Shown here: piece by piece, positions 43,973 to 58,179 of the stretch
How the letters are laid out: every line of letters starts with the position of its first letter
How positions within the stretch are numbered: the stretch's first letter is position 1
Assembly: GCF_009914755.1 (NCBI RefSeq)
Contig: NC_060925.1
Strand: one strand, 5' to 3'
Length of the DNA stretch: 64,000 nucleotides
Origin: the human T2T-CHM13v2.0 reference genome, Homo sapiens
Translations under genes and position numbers: made by a program
The notes under the pieces: generated by a model
What the model saw: the letters and a program-made list of their open reading frames with translations, nothing else
Told to the model about the DNA's origin: nothing
Databases searched by the model: none

Positions 43973-45467
43973 TTGTGATAGATTTTTTTAAGTAAGATCT
44001 GGATTGTATAATTTGTCTTTTAGCATAACCCGTCCAGGCATCACTTTGGGTAATCCCTATGAATTTCAATAAAGAGAACCTGGGTCCCAGGCTTTTTCTC
44101 CCATGTGATTTCTCATCCCTATAAAAATGAAATGTAGACACAGACACAGAGGATTATAATCCAATGCAGTGCTTAATAAGAGCCTCATGAGCTGTGTGCT
44201 GAGGGAATTTAAGTAGTGGGAGGCGTTACTTCTAGAAGGCAGCATGTTTGGGCAGGTGTAAAGATCCCTTCTATCATAGTGGTGTAGGATCTAAGGGGAC
44301 TTGAGAACTGCTCATTCTCAAGTTCTTCTGCCAGTGTTACTTATTTCTTGTTTTAGGTATTGCCATTATAGGAAAATACCTGGATTTAGATTCAAAGACA
44401 AATCTCTTTATAAAAGCGGTTGTGCAATTATTTCTGCTGCCTTATCCCTTTGTGTAACAGCTGTCCTGGAAAATATTGCATTTGTTTCCCACATTTAATT
44501 ACTCACTAATGACCAATAAAAGCTATAAAAGAGTTTATTGCTTTATTGATGATGATTCAGGTCAAACATGGCAGATGCTTCCTTATGCTGAATCCTCCAA
44601 CAAGTATCTATTATAGGAAGATGGATGCATCAAGTTCAGTAGAATAGCGAAGAGCAGTTTGCAGCTGGCCAGGTTCCTAGCATGGAGGTACTTTGCTACA
44701 GGATACTTTGCTGCAAAGTTCAGCCTTCCTTTTGAAGCAGATCTTCCTTTCTGCTCTCTTTTTACTTCTTCCTTCTTTCCTGTCCCCTTCCTTCTTCCTT
44801 CTTGCTCCTTTTTTTCTTTTTATTTCTTGTGTTCCTACTCAAGGGGAGCATACCAAAGAAACAAATAATTATTTCTTCCCTGCTGGAATTGACAATTAAC
44901 TTAAGGAGCTAAAACCTGAAACAGAATGACAAGTGAACATAGGTAAGTGTAGGGTGAGGCAGCCCAACCTCTGTACTTAAGGGTGGAGAGAATTCACAGT
45001 AAGTAAATGATCCATCTAAGGTGGGGATTGCCAGTAAAGTTTCTTGAAGCCAGCTTGCTTGTTTGCTTTCCTGTCTGCTCCAAAACAAGTTACTTCAGGT
45101 TATAGTCATTGATTCCATATACATTTTGTTTTTTATTGATATCTCATATCTGTGTTTTGGGAGGTTTGTTTTTTATTATCCAATCCAAGCTGAGTGATGC
45201 CTAGTTTTCTTATCTCATTGCCCGGTGTTTATTCAGTGTTCAAACCTAAGCCCCACTGGTGATGGGCATGGCCTTTTTATCCTCCACAGCTCCTTACAAC
45301 TGTGTGACCATAGCTTCCGGTGGATTACAACAGTGATGTACAGGTGATGGTGATAATAAGAGGACTTGTTTTGACTACATTCTAAATTTGACCGTATTCC
45401 AAATTAAAACTTGTTATTGGTCAAACATTACCAGGGAAGTCTTTGGGAGTGCAAAGTTATGGAACCA

Positions 45468-45680
45468 ATATTTTCTGAGCACACGCTGTGCTGGGGATCA
45501 TGCTGTGCATGTTAGACAAATCTACTTGGTTGTTGCCCACGGTGACTTCAGCTTACAGATGAAGAAACTGAGGTTCACAGAGGTAAGTTAAATTACTTAC
45601 AGCCATACAATTGGTACATGTTGGAGCCAGGGTTCAAACCTAGGTTGCCCGTATTTCCACATCCTTTTCCACTATACCAA
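45468..45680 (-). mobile_element. MIR
   Basis: TTACAGATGAAGAAACTGAGGTTCACAGAGGTAAG..GGAGCCAGGGTTCAAACCTAGG. Confidence 0.8.
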
Positions 45681-46739
45681 AAAGCTTCCCTAAGATAGGG
45701 CCTGTGAAGGACTCCCAGATGCTGGGGATGCGACAGAATCCCAGGCATGCTGCCGTCACCAAAACCACTACCACTGCCCCTTGTGGGAAGAACTGGATTC
45801 ACGGGGTCATGGATGCTCCAGGAAATGCTACACAAAAAGAGTGATATCTGTGAAGGGAGAGGCTAGGGGGAAGGGGAAGGCAAATGTGTAAAATATGTGT
45901 CTCTATCATCAGTTTTATGTTCAGCTATGAACATTCTGTTCTAAAGAAGGTTTGTGTTCCCAAAGTTACAGCTCCGTAGTAACAGTGGTCTCCCAGCCTG
46001 TCCACTTGTTTGTAGCTACTTTGGAAGGGTACTAGGGTCAGTGTGATCTCCATGAAGTTTAGGTGAATCCAGCACCAAGGTCCCTTCTGACCATCTTAGA
46101 GCAAGGACCCACTGTCTATTTTTATCTCCTTCAACTCTTAAAGACTCTTTTTCCCTCAAGAGTCCCATTGCCTTTTCTGACGTTCAGACTTGGACAAAGC
46201 CTATTTGGTCTATCACATCTGCTTTCATAACTTTGAATATCTGTGGAAGTGCACAGTGATATTGATTCCTTTCCCTAAGAATAAGAAGGCTTTAGATTCT
46301 TTATGTAAATTGTACACTACATTTCAAACCTCCACACTCAGCTTCTCAATTGTATATGAGAGGGTTGGCTTGTCTTTATATGCTAAGTCCTGGAGACTTG
46401 TCTCTAATTCACTAAAAACGTGACCTCTGTTTAACCTCAGAAGCAGAGGTAACCAAATACATTTCCCTTTCTAAATAAGATGACAATACCCTCTGAGGCT
46501 TGGGTGTTTCTCAAGCGCAGCCCTAGTCTTGAATCTCCTAACTTGCCCATCCTGTACCTACCTATGAATCCAAACTGATTGGGGGACAAAGAAAGGCAAT
46601 TGTAATAGAGACCATTTAGAGCAAGATACAGACATACAGGAGCTAAAGGAGGCGAGTGTGTGTGAATAGGGGATGGGGGTGAGGGAATGAACCCTCTTTA
46701 CAGAAGAGTTTTGATTTTGAGGCAGCTTTTTTCTTGTGG

Positions 46740-46930
46740 CAGGGCCAGATATACCAGGCTGAGGCTAATGAAACTTAAGCTTTGGGCCTCTCACTTGCAT
46801 GGAACTCTTCCAAGGCCCTGGGAGAGGCTCTAGAAATTCTAATTTATAATTTTTCACTTTTTTCATTAAAGGAGATTTTCTTCCTCCAAATTGTATGCTT
46901 CAGTCTCCACAAAAACCAGATCTACCCCTG
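46740..46930. mobile_element. Short hAT-type DNA transposon (MITE)
   Basis: Imperfect terminal inverted repeats CAGGGCCAGAT..ATCTACCCCTG. Family not confidently named. Confidence 0.5.
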
Positions 46931-47697
46931 CCCGGACCAACATTTTTAGAATGGTTCTCATAAACAAAGAGACCAATACCAGCTTAGCCAGTCAAGAATT
47001 AAGACTGAATTGGTTTGGTAATCCCGGCTGAAGGGTCTGCTTATGGAAAGAGGCTTCTGGCAGCCTACTTTGTTTGGACCAAAGATGCTAAATAAATTTT
47101 ACGTTATGCGTCAACCCCAATCGATTGGTAGTGGCTGTGTTGAGAAAGATTCTGAAGTCAGGTCCAGGCTCATGAGAGTCATAAATAATTAGTGATGGCC
47201 ACCATGAATATCTGTCTGATGTTAGCCCTGATTTGAATTTGGACTCCGTATCTATGGCCCAAGATGGAAGCTGCAGTGTTAGTGGAAAAAAAATAAAGCT
47301 CAAAGGGATGTCTCTTTCTGTGGTAAGTGTCTTTCAGAAAACACAAGGCAATTCTTTCTACCTGGCTTCCTGAATTATGCAAAATGTTGGGACACTTGGT
47401 TAAGAAACATTCTTCATAAGGCACATACTGAGGCTGACTAGTGACTGCTCCTTGAAGGCAGAGCTGAACAGAGAGTGTGCTAGATTTCAGGGCCTTCAGC
47501 CACTTTCTGTTTCTACCATGGGTTTGGTGGGTCACACAAAGACTTGGTGGTCACTCTTCACATATAGAGTAAGTATGTCAAATGCTATATTCTGGGATTA
47601 GCATATTTTTGGTGTTCAAACAATCAAAAACCATAGTTTATTAAACAGCTAACAGGTGACAATGGGTGTATTCTCTATACTTTTCCTAAATGGTGTG

Positions 47698-48688
47698 TGT
47701 TATGAGCTGAATTTTATGGCCCTTCAATTCATACATTGAAGTCCTAACTCCCAGTATCTTGGAATGTGACTATATTTAGAGATAGAGGCTTTAAAGAGTT
47801 AAAATGAGGTCATCAGGGTGGGCGCTAATTCAGTATGATTGGAGTCCTTATAAAAAGGGGAAATTTAGAGACAGATGCACATACACAGAGCACTCCATGT
47901 GAAGAGACGCAAGGAGAAGACAGCCAACTATAAGCCAAGGAAAGGAGGAAATGTAGACGCAGACACACATTGCAGGGAATGCTGTGTGAACATGAAGACA
48001 ACTGTCTACAAGTCAAGGAGCGAGGCCTTGGGAGAAAGCAATCCTGTTGACACCTAGGTCTCAGATGTCTGACCTCTAGTACTGTGAGAAAATGAATTAC
48101 TATTGTTTAAGCCAGGGATCTACAGCCCCCAGGTTACGGACTGATAGTGGTCCGTGGCCTGCGAGGAACTGGGCCACACAGCAGGAGGTTAGTGGTGGGA
48201 GAGCTTCAACTGTAGTTATAGCCACTTCCCATTGTTTGCATCCTTTATTTCCTGAGCTCCGCTTCCTGTCAGATCAGCGGTGGCATTAGATTCTCAAAGG
48301 AAAGCAAACCCTATTGTGAACTGCGCAGGAGAGGGATCTAGGTTGCGTGTTCCTTATGAGAATCTAATACTTGATGATCTGTTACTGTCTCCCATCACCC
48401 CCATATGGAACCATCTAGTTGCAGGAAAACAGGCTCAGGGCTCCCACTGATTCTACATTATGGTGAGTTGTATAGTTATTTCATTACATATTGCAGTGTC
48501 ATAATGCAAATAAAGTGCACAATAAATGTAATGTGTCTGAATCATCCCCAAACCATCCCCATACCCCTGGGATGTGGAAAAATTGTCTTCCACGAAACCA
48601 GTCCCTGGTGCCAAAAAGCTTGGGGACTGCTTGTTTAAACCACCCAGTCTGCGGTATTTTGTTATGGTAGCCCTAGAAAACTAATACA
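47698..48688 (+). mobile_element. MLT1A/B MaLR solo LTR interrupted by MER1A
   Basis: TGTTATGAGCTGAATT..GAATGTGACTATATTTAGAGATAG..GGTATTTTGTTATGGTAGCCCTAGAAAACTAATACA. Confidence 0.87.
48113..48632. mobile_element. MER1A hAT-Charlie MITE
   Basis: ~520 bp. 8-bp hAT TSD GTTTAAGC (48105-48112) / GTTTAAAC (48633-48640). Confidence 0.9.
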
Positions 48689-49135
48689 CTATGTTTGCAC
48701 CATTCCTTTGGAATTTTTTTCTTATGTATACACTGTGAAGCTTTGCATATTTTCTGTTGTGTCTCATGTTTATCAAAAAGTTCTTGCCTCATATTTTCCA
48801 GTCTCTTTTTTCTTTTACCACTTAATCTCTGGGCTTAACAATGGTAATTTTTGCCACATTCCAGCCTGACTTGATGATATTTCTATTTAAACTACCAGCA
48901 AGATTTATTGAGAAGCCAGTGAAAAAGAAAGACAACTCAAATTAGTTTCACTGAAGTGCACAGGAGGATATAAATAATTCTTGGTTGGAAAATCTGGTTA
49001 GTGGTCCTGACAGTCCAGAAAAATGTTGCTGGAGTGAGAACAGCAGGGGAGGCTATAGAAGTACAGGCTCATCAGGAAAGGAGGTGTTTTGATCCATATT
49101 TTGAATAACATGATTGAGTTTAGTAATACAGTATG

Positions 49136-49141
49136 GTTTTT

Positions 49142-49172
<31 letters not shown>

Positions 49173-49455
49173 GAGACGGAGTCTCGCTCTGTCACCCAGG
49201 CTGGAGTGCAGTGGCGCAATCTTGGCTCACTGTGCAAGCTCCACCTCCTGGGTTCACGCCATTCTCCTGCCTCAGCCTCCCGAGTAGCTGGGATTACAGG
49301 CGCCCGCCACCATGCCCGGCTAATTTTTTGTATATTTAGTAGAGATGGGGTTTCACCGTGTTAGCCAGGATGGTCTCGATCTCCTGACCTTGTGATCCAC
49401 CCACGTCAGCCTCCCAAAGTGCTGGAATTACAGGCATGAGCCACCACGCCCGGCC
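49136..49455 (-). mobile_element. AluY
   Basis: AluY diagnostics. TSD GTAATACAGTATG at 49123-49135 and 49456-49468. Confidence 0.94.
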
Positions 49456-50137
49456 GTAATACAGTATGTTTATTTCAGAAACAAGATGATAAATTTCAGT
49501 ACTTATTTGATATGTGCTATAATCTTCTGTAGAGTTGGCAAGTGATGTGCACTGTGGCCCTCAAATGCTGGGAATCAAAAGGGAAAAAACCACATTTTGA
49601 TTCTCTATAATTCCATTAACTAGAGTTCATTTGTAATCTACTCTTAGAAGAAAAATTTGCAATAACGAGAAGCCAAACATATAAGGTATTTTAAAGAAAT
49701 AATCAAATATCTAAGGTACGTTCTGTGATTCAGTATAAATTCAGGCCTATCTCATGTATCTTTTACATCTTTATCCAAACATCTGTTTAGTATGAATTAT
49801 TGGTGAGAAGTAGGATTCTGAGGTAATGCAAAACTTCTATCATCAAAGATTGAATTAATTTGATTTTGCTCACTATATAACATTTACAAAGGTAGGGAAG
49901 TGAGCCAATTATGTGTAAGAAAGAGTTTCCACAGTGAGGGTACAAGTAAATGAAAATTCTTATTTAATTGTTGCCTAAATAGAAACTCCAATGAATAAAC
50001 CTCGGCCCTTAAAAATAGAGGTATTGCTGTGGTTCTGATTTCATTAACAATAACCCTTTGATACCATTTTCCCATTTGTAAATGTTGACTTTTTGGCTTT
50101 CAAAAAATTTCTATACTTTTATTAAAGACAAAGACTA

Positions 50138-50455
50138 GGCCGGGTGCAGTTGCTCACGCCTGTAATCCCAGTATTTTGGGAGGCTGAGGCGGGTGGATCA
50201 CGAGTTCGGGAGTTCAAGACCAGGCTGGCCAAGATGGTGAAACCCCGTCTCTACTAAAAATACAAAAATTAGCCAGGTGTGGTGGCAGGCACCTGTAATC
50301 TCAGCTACTCAGGAGGCCGAGGCAGAGGATTGCTTGAACCTGGGAGGCGGAGGTTGCAGTGAGCCAAGATCATGCCACTGCACTCCAGCCTGAGCGACAG
50401 AGTGAGACTCCATCTCAAAAAAACAAAAAACAAAAAACAAACAAACCCAAAAAAA
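50138..50455 (+). mobile_element. AluS (Sg-like)
   Basis: GGATCACGAG..CTGGCCAAGATGGTGAAACC, with A/C-rich tail. Confidence 0.93.
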
Positions 50456-50466
50456 CACAATGACTA

Positions 50467-51083
<617 letters not shown>

Positions 51084-51199
51084 TAAGAAAAACTTTTCCA
51101 AAAAAATATGACTTAACCTGTGACATCTCTTAGTCCCATGAACAGCTGGGTGGGAAGTCATCTGCAGGGGGTCTTTTCACCATGGATGCTGCAACCCCC

Positions 51200-51880
51200 T
51201 GGTCTGAGCCCCCATCCTCTCTTGCTTGGATAACTGCAACAGCTTCCTGCAGAGCCTCCTGTTTCTCCCCTTGATCCTCTATAGTCTGTGCTCAACACAA
51301 TGGCTATACAATAATTTAAAATATATGTGCCATTTTATGCTTCTCCTTAGTTCAACCCCTGTGTGACTTCCCATCTGCCTCAGAGTGAAAGCCAAAGTCT
51401 TAACAATGGCCCACAGTGCCCTCCACAATCTGCCCTGCCCTTCTGTCCCTCACCTCCCTGGCTCAGCTCATCGCACTCATCCCCTAGACTGCTCTACTCT
51501 GCTGCACTGACCTCCTTGCCATTCCTCAATCCTGCCAGCCCTGCTCCCTCTGCCTGGAAGGCTCTTTCTACAGTTATTTCCATGCCTCCCTCCCTCATAC
51601 CTTTTGGATCTTTGCTCGAATGTCGTAAGCCATCCTCTCATGGAGACCTTTTCACACCCTTTAAAATTGCTACCACCTCCCTAGCGCCCTCTCCCCAACC
51701 CCATTCCTCTTCCATTCTCATTACCGTATGACTTAACTCTCTATTTGCTTGTTTTATTGTCCTTCCTCCACTGGGATGTAAGCTCCATGAAGGCAGGGAT
51801 TTTAGTCTGTTTCGTTCACCTAATAGAATCTTGTCGGCTCATAGTAGGGTCAATAAATATTAGTTTAATAAACAAATGAC
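51200..51880 (+). mobile_element. L2a 3' portion
   Basis: CTTGGATAACTGCAACAGCTTCCT..TGCTCCCTCTGCCTGGAAGGCTCTT..TGTAAGCTCCATGAAGGCAGGGATTTT..CATAGTAGGGTCAATAAATATT. Confidence 0.85.
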
Positions 51881-52687
51881 TGATGAGGACTTTTTCCAGC
51901 AATTTATTTACCTATTTGCCAAAGGACCAGCAAAATAACTCAGAAATCTAATAATGGGTTAAGTCTCTTAATGAAACAGAATGGAACATAGTATTCCAGT
52001 GCCATCTTGCATTCTGCAGGACTTGACAGTAATGTGTAAGAGAAAAAAAGAGATAGACTGATATTTCCTTAGTCACATATCTTTCAATATATTGAGGCCA
52101 TAAAAGAAATAAGTAAGCTACAAAACATTCTCTTCTAACGTAATTATATTTATTCCTTCCTTCCTTTTTTGTTTGTTTGCCTAATCACATATATTATACA
52201 AATTAATGATAGTCCGTTTAGAGATAGAACACTTTCCAGGAGTCGAAAGTAAAAATCCACTGATGTCTTTTTTGCTTTTGCTGTTGAATAATAGATTTTT
52301 AAATGAGAAAGAAGTTTAATTACTTGAGTTTTGTCATCTCCATCATCGCTGATTACAGCTGTTCCTAGGAAGTGGATTAGAATATATTATTTTTCCTTTC
52401 TCCTAAAATCAAAATCTGACATAAAAATAGCCATTGCTAATTTGCAGACGATGATTTCAGCATTCCACCATTTTGGCTTCTAATTATTTATAGTTTTGCA
52501 GAAGAGCACTTGCTTATCTGCTCATTGACAAAGGTAAATAAAGCATTTAACTGGTGTAAAATGATGGAGTAAGGATTTACGTATGCTCTGAGAGGGGTAA
52601 CCTACTTCCTCTTTTTGGATACCAAAATGTATGATTCCTCCTTCAGATGGTGACATAGAACACCTGAGTTTCCTCACTTGTATATTC

Positions 52688-52997
52688 TTTTTTTTTTTTT
52701 TTTTTTTTGAGATGGAGTCTCACTCTATTGCCCAGGCTGGAGTGCAGTGGCATGATCTTGGCATCCTGGCTCACTGCAACCTCCGCCTCCCATGTTTGAA
52801 CTATCTTCCTGCCTCAGCCCCCCTAGTAGCTGGGATTACAGGCATGCGCCACCATGCCTGGCTAATTTTTGTATTTTTAATAGAGATGGGGTTTTGCCAT
52901 GTTGGCCAGGCTGGTCTCGAACTTCTCACCTCAGGTGATCCACCCACCTCAGCCTCCCAAAAGCTGGGATTACAGGCGTGAGCCCCTGCACCCGGCC
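52688..52997 (-). mobile_element. AluS (Sx-like)
   Basis: T-tail, full dimer. TSD TGTATATTCTT. Confidence 0.93.
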
Positions 52998-53489
52998 ATC
53001 ATTGTGTATATTCTTGATCCCCCCTCCACAACCCCCAGGGTCTATCAAAAGACTGGGTGGGAGAAGTAAGATTTAAAGACATCTAGGAAAAGGGTAGAGG
53101 AAGGCAGGGAGTATTTGTGCACTAATAATTTTTTCTCCCTAACACAAAGCATAATTTCTTACAAACTGTATTTCCCCTTTGTCTACAGCTGCCAGGAAGC
53201 TCCAAGCCATGTTTATTAATGATTATAGTAACTAAGTTAGCACTTAAGGCTAACATATTTATTTAATTCCTCCAGATATTCATGGCTTTGCTTTCCATTT
53301 ACATTTTAATTGCATTATTGTGTGTGTCTTGCTGAGCACCTTCACATTCTTTTGTAAAAGGCACAGATTATTAAAAAGATAGAATTTTATTTCTGTCCCA
53401 ATGGCTTATTTGGCCCCATTCTACTTTCTTCCTACCCCAGTTCCAGCAGCCTGATAAAAATTTGTGGTAGATCCTTTCTTCCTTCCCTC

Positions 53490-53612
53490 CATTCCTCAGA
53501 AGAAACCGACATTGCCAACAACTAGACCTTGAACTTTTGGAATCCAGAGTTGTGACACAATAAATGTCACCCAGTTTGTGGTACATTGTTACAGGAGCCC
53601 TAGCAAACAAAT
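53490..53612 (+). mobile_element. MLT1 LTR 3' fragment
   Basis: CCAGAGTTGTGACACAATAAATGT..CCAGTTTGTGGTACATTGTTACAGGAGCCCTAGCAAAC. Confidence 0.7.
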
Positions 53613-54298
53613 CTACCTGGTAAGTTTTCGTTGGATGCAGAAATGATGAGTTTTACCTTGTTGGGAACTGGATATTTTTGTATTTCTATAAATATTTTTG
53701 AGATTTGTTCTAGGGCACAGTTAAATTACTTGGAAATAGGTTGATTCTTTCCATTTTGCTTTTAAGTTTTGTTAGGTGAGAGCAGAGCAGTATTTTGTCC
53801 AGAGTTGATTTTGCCCCATTACACAGGCCGTGCCCTTCCAATCACGCTGTCTGATGCCTCATGAATTATGAAGTTTTCACTTTAGCTAGTGGGAACAAGA
53901 ACTGTTTCTGGCTCTGTGTGAGCTCTAGAGATTATATTTTCTAATTGTTTTGGGGCATGGTTGTTTCCCAAACCTTAGGTAGTTTCCTGACATACATGTG
54001 CTGATCATTACTTGTCATGTGCTGCACAGACTTGAGAGGGGCTCTGCAGATTTGCAGCGTTCTCTCTTTGGTATTTTGCCTTGCAAATTCTAGCTGCTTT
54101 AGCCTTCCTGGACTCCCGGCTACATTTTCTTAACTCGTAGAAACTGCTGGTCCCCGCTGGAACGGCTTGGTTTTCTTCCAGGTGTCTCTCACATTCACTC
54201 CTCAGGTTGAGATGGGCATGTCCTCATGGTTATGACAAAGTAGCCTGATTGGAAAGAGAGAAAGCTCATTGGCCAAAGGAAGTTACATGGGTGAACCA

Positions 54299-55929
54299 GG
54301 AAGAATCAATATCGTGAAAATGGCCATACTGCTCAAAGTTATTTATAGATTCACTGCTATTCCCATCAAGCTACCATTGACTTTCTTCACAGAACTAGAA
54401 AAAAAACTGCTTTAAATTTCATACGGAACCAAAAAAGAGCCCATATAGCCAAGACAATCCTAAGCAAAAAGAACAAAGCTGGAGGCATCACGCTACTTGA
54501 CTTCAAACTATACTACAAGGCTACAGTAACCAAAACAGCCTGGTACTGTTACCAAAACAGATATATAGACCAATGGAACAGAACAGAGACCTCAGAAATA
54601 ACGCCACACATCTACAACCATCTGATCTTCGACAAACCTGACCAAAACAAGCAATGGGGAAAGGATTCCCTATTTAACAAATGGTGCTGGGAAAACTGGC
54701 TAGCCATATGCAGAAAGCTGAAACTGGACCCCTTCCTTACACCTTATACAGAAATTAACTTGAGATGGATTAAGACTTAAACATAAAACCTAAAACCATA
54801 AAAATCCTAGAAGAAAACCTAAGTAATACCATTCAGGACATAGGCATGGGCAAAGACTTCATGACTAAAACACCAAAAGCAATGGCAACAAAAGCCAAAA
54901 TTGACAAATGGGACATAATTAAACTAAAGAGCTTCTGCACAGCAAAAGAAACCATCATCAGAGTGAACAGGCAACCCTCAGAATGGGAGAAAATTTTTGC
55001 AGTCTATCCATCTGACAAAGATCTAATATTCAGAATCTACAAGGAACTTAAACAAATTTATAAGAAAAACAAACAACCCCATCAAAAAGTGGGCAAAGGA
55101 TATGAACAGACACTTCTCAAAAGAAGACATTTATGTGGCCAACAAACATGAAAAGAAGCTCATCATCACTGGTCATTAGAGAAATGCACATCAAAACCAC
55201 AATGAGATATCATCTCACGCCAGTAGGAGTAGCAATTATTAAAAAGTCAGGAAACAACAGATGCTGGCGAGGATGCGGAGGAATAGGAACACTTTGACAC
55301 TATTGGTGGGAGTGTAAATTAGTTCAACCATTATGGAAGGCAGCGTGGCTATTCCTCAAGGATCTAGAACCAGAAATACCATTTGACCCAGCAATCCCAT
55401 TACTGGGTATATACCCAAAGGATTATAAATCATTCTACTATAAAGACACATGCACGCGTATGTTTATTGCAGCACTATTCACAATAGCAAAGACTCGGAA
55501 CCAACCCAAGTGTCCATTAATGATAGACTGGATTAAGAAAATGTGGCACATATACACCATGGAATACTATGCAGCCATAAAAAAGAATGTCTTTTGGAAG
55601 GACATGGATGAAGCTGGAAAACATTATCCTCAGCAAACTCACACAGGAACAGAAAACCAAACATGCATGTTCTCACTCATAAGTGGGAGTTGAACAATGA
55701 GAACACATGGACACAGGGAGGGCAACATCACACACTGGGGCCTGTCAGGGGGTGGGGGCAAGGGAGGGAAAGCATTAGGACAAATACGTAATGCATGTGG
55801 GGCTTAAGACCTAGATGATGGGTTGATAGGTGCAGCAAACCACCATGGCACATGCATACCTATGTAACAAACCTGCACGTTCAGCACATGTATCCCAGAA
55901 CTTAAACTAAAATTAAAAAAAAAAAAAAG
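54299..55929 (+). mobile_element. 5'-truncated L1PA (PA7/PA8-like): ORF2 C-terminal third, 3' UTR and A-tail
   Basis: ORF-track peptides [35 protein letters not shown] and MFIAALFTIAKTRNQPKCP are L1 ORF2, frameshifted. 3' UTR GCATTAGGACAAATACGTAATGCATGTGGGGCTTAA. Confidence 0.95.
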
Positions 55930-56177
55930 AAAATATATTACACCATGACCAAAAAAAAAAAGATATGGTGAAATGAAGAATTAAGATTATTATTGTAATT
56001 AATCTACACAACCAGTCTTATGATCTTTGTTACATATTGTTAAATTAGTCTTGAGAAAGAATATACAATATGACCAGCCAAATATATCTATTTTTATATA
56101 CTTCTCTTTTTGCTTAGGGAAACTGGTTCTGAGACATTTGTAACATATTATTGTTTTCTAACTCTTGTGAATATATA

Positions 56178-56338
56178 TACAGTGGAGCCTTCCATATCCT
56201 CAGAGAATTGGTTCCAGGACCCCCTATTGCCAGGATATCAAAATCCCAGGATATCAAAATCCCAGGATGTACAAGTTTCTTAGTTGGCCCTCCAGATCCA
56301 CAGATGTGGAACTCGTGAATATGGATGGCTGCTGAGTA
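56178..56338. mobile_element. MER2/Tigger-family MITE with internal 16-bp tandem duplication
   Basis: TACAGT..AATTGGTTCCAGGACCCCC..GGATATCAAAATCC. CCAGGATATCAAAATC repeated at ~56230-56268. Confidence 0.65.
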
Positions 56339-57299
56339 TGTGTATGTGTGTGTGTATGTATGTACATATATATAAAGTATGATTTCTTCATTGAACATTC
56401 TTGCAAATATTCATCTGAATTCCAGAAATATTGTTACATATTTTGCTCCCAACCAGAGAAATTATATTAATGCTTTAGGAGAAATAACCAGTACTGATCT
56501 TTATTTTAATGGGAAATTTCTATGAGACAAACTCAGTTTACTTTGAAACAAGTATGATTCAGAAACAATATGGAGATTAGAATTGGACTTAGAAGTAAAG
56601 GTATTTAAAACTGCAAAAGACCTTAGAGATTATCTTGTAAATGACCTTTTATAGAACTATGTACAGGTAAGAAAGCTGGGGGATAAAGCAATTTAGTTAC
56701 TTACCCAAAGTGAAAAAAACCTATCAGTGGTGCAAAGTCTGATGCATAGTATATATATATAATAAGTGCTTGTTGAGTGAAGAAATGAATCTAGGACTGG
56801 AATTAGGTCTCTTGACTATGTTTGGCACTTAATTATGTCATCATAAAAGTAAAATGTCTCCAGGACTGAACACTAGCTTAGGCTTCAGGACAGAAAGGAT
56901 AGATTGCATCAATTTAGGGCAGCACAGACTTTCAGGGTATTTTAAAAGATTTCTTCAGTAAGAGGCTATGATAGTTTTCTGTAAACATATAAGTAAAAGA
57001 GATCTTATCATTCTCCAGAGGTATGTGGACCAATGAGTGAAGGTGTGAATGGAAGAAAATATCACACTCTAGTGTTAGCAAGGGTGATACCACTGAGGCA
57101 GCTCCCATAACCTTGGGAATGTGGCAGTTTATACTGGATTAGGGAAAAAAGTCTAAGACACTGGTGTATTTCAGGCCTGATGAATTCATCTGTGTGAATA
57201 ATGAATGAATTGAATGTAAAGAAAACATATCCATTCTTAATATGAGGAAGTAATATCACTAATATGGAATATGATGTACTTTTGTTTTATGGTTATTTT

Positions 57300-57560
57300 T
57301 CCTTTTATTGATATACAATAATTTACATATTTGTGGGGTACTGTGAGTGTTTTCTACATGCAAAGAGTGTGTAACAATCAAATCAGGGTAATTGGGGTAT
57401 CCATTACCTTGAGTGAGTATCATTTTTATGTACTGGTATCATTTCAAGTCCTCTCTTCTAGTTACTTTGAAATATACATAACATTGTGGCTAAGTATAGT
57501 CACACTATCTGTTGTCAAACAGAACTTATTTCTTTATCTAACCGTATGTTTGTACTCATA
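57300..57560 (-). mobile_element. L1MA-type 3' end
   Basis: TTTATTGATATACAATAATTTACATATTTGTGGGGTAC..ATCAAATCAGGGTAATTGGGGTATCCATTACC. Confidence 0.85.
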
Positions 57561-58179
57561 ACTGTTTCCAATGCTTTGTAAGCCTAGAGTACAGCCTCAT
57601 CAGGAATATCAAAGCTTATCTTTTTGTAAATTATCTCCTTATCAGGTTAAGTTTTAGAGCTTTTCCTAAATGACATCTGAGAGTCTTAGGTGTATTTCAA
57701 CATAAAGCAATGTGAAAGACAATCCTCAGTTGTTAACTATTGACTTCCCACAGATTAAGAAAGGTTATTACTCAGCACAGCTATTATGTTCCTGGGGACG
57801 GGTGAGATGGCGTGAGGGATTGGGTAAGGTAATAGTTATACAGAAATGAATGGCCCAGCTACCTAAGGATTGTGCTAAATCTCCTGCAGCCTTCCTTAGA
57901 ATTTTATGGCTGATCAACCAGCAAAATCTGTTTTTCATCATCTGTGGGTGTTAATCATCAACAAGTATTCCTGGACGTCTGCAGCTCGCCCTGGTAGGAG
58001 TGCACCAGAAAGAACCAAGAGGGCTAGAAACTCATAGATGTGATTTGCATTATTTTGTCCACAAAGATTAAGGTTAACAGGATTTATGTCTAAAGTTTAT
58101 AAAGTCATGAAGAAGCACACATGACAGTGAGCTCTCCCAGGGGCAGGAGTTTCTTGGTCTTGTTCCTACCTGAAGACTT

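Noticed and set aside
44340-44950. Plus-strand acceptor (TTTCTTGTTTTAG|G at ~44357) and donor (TAG|GTAAGT at ~44943), and other isolated splice-like sites (~18752, ~23608)
   Set aside because: They do not assemble into a consistent reading frame or exon chain; expected by chance.
54846-55693. ORFs with clear protein similarity (also 26524-26897)
   Set aside because: Frameshifted L1 ORF2 C-terminal remnants in 5'-truncated elements; annotated as mobile elements, not genes.
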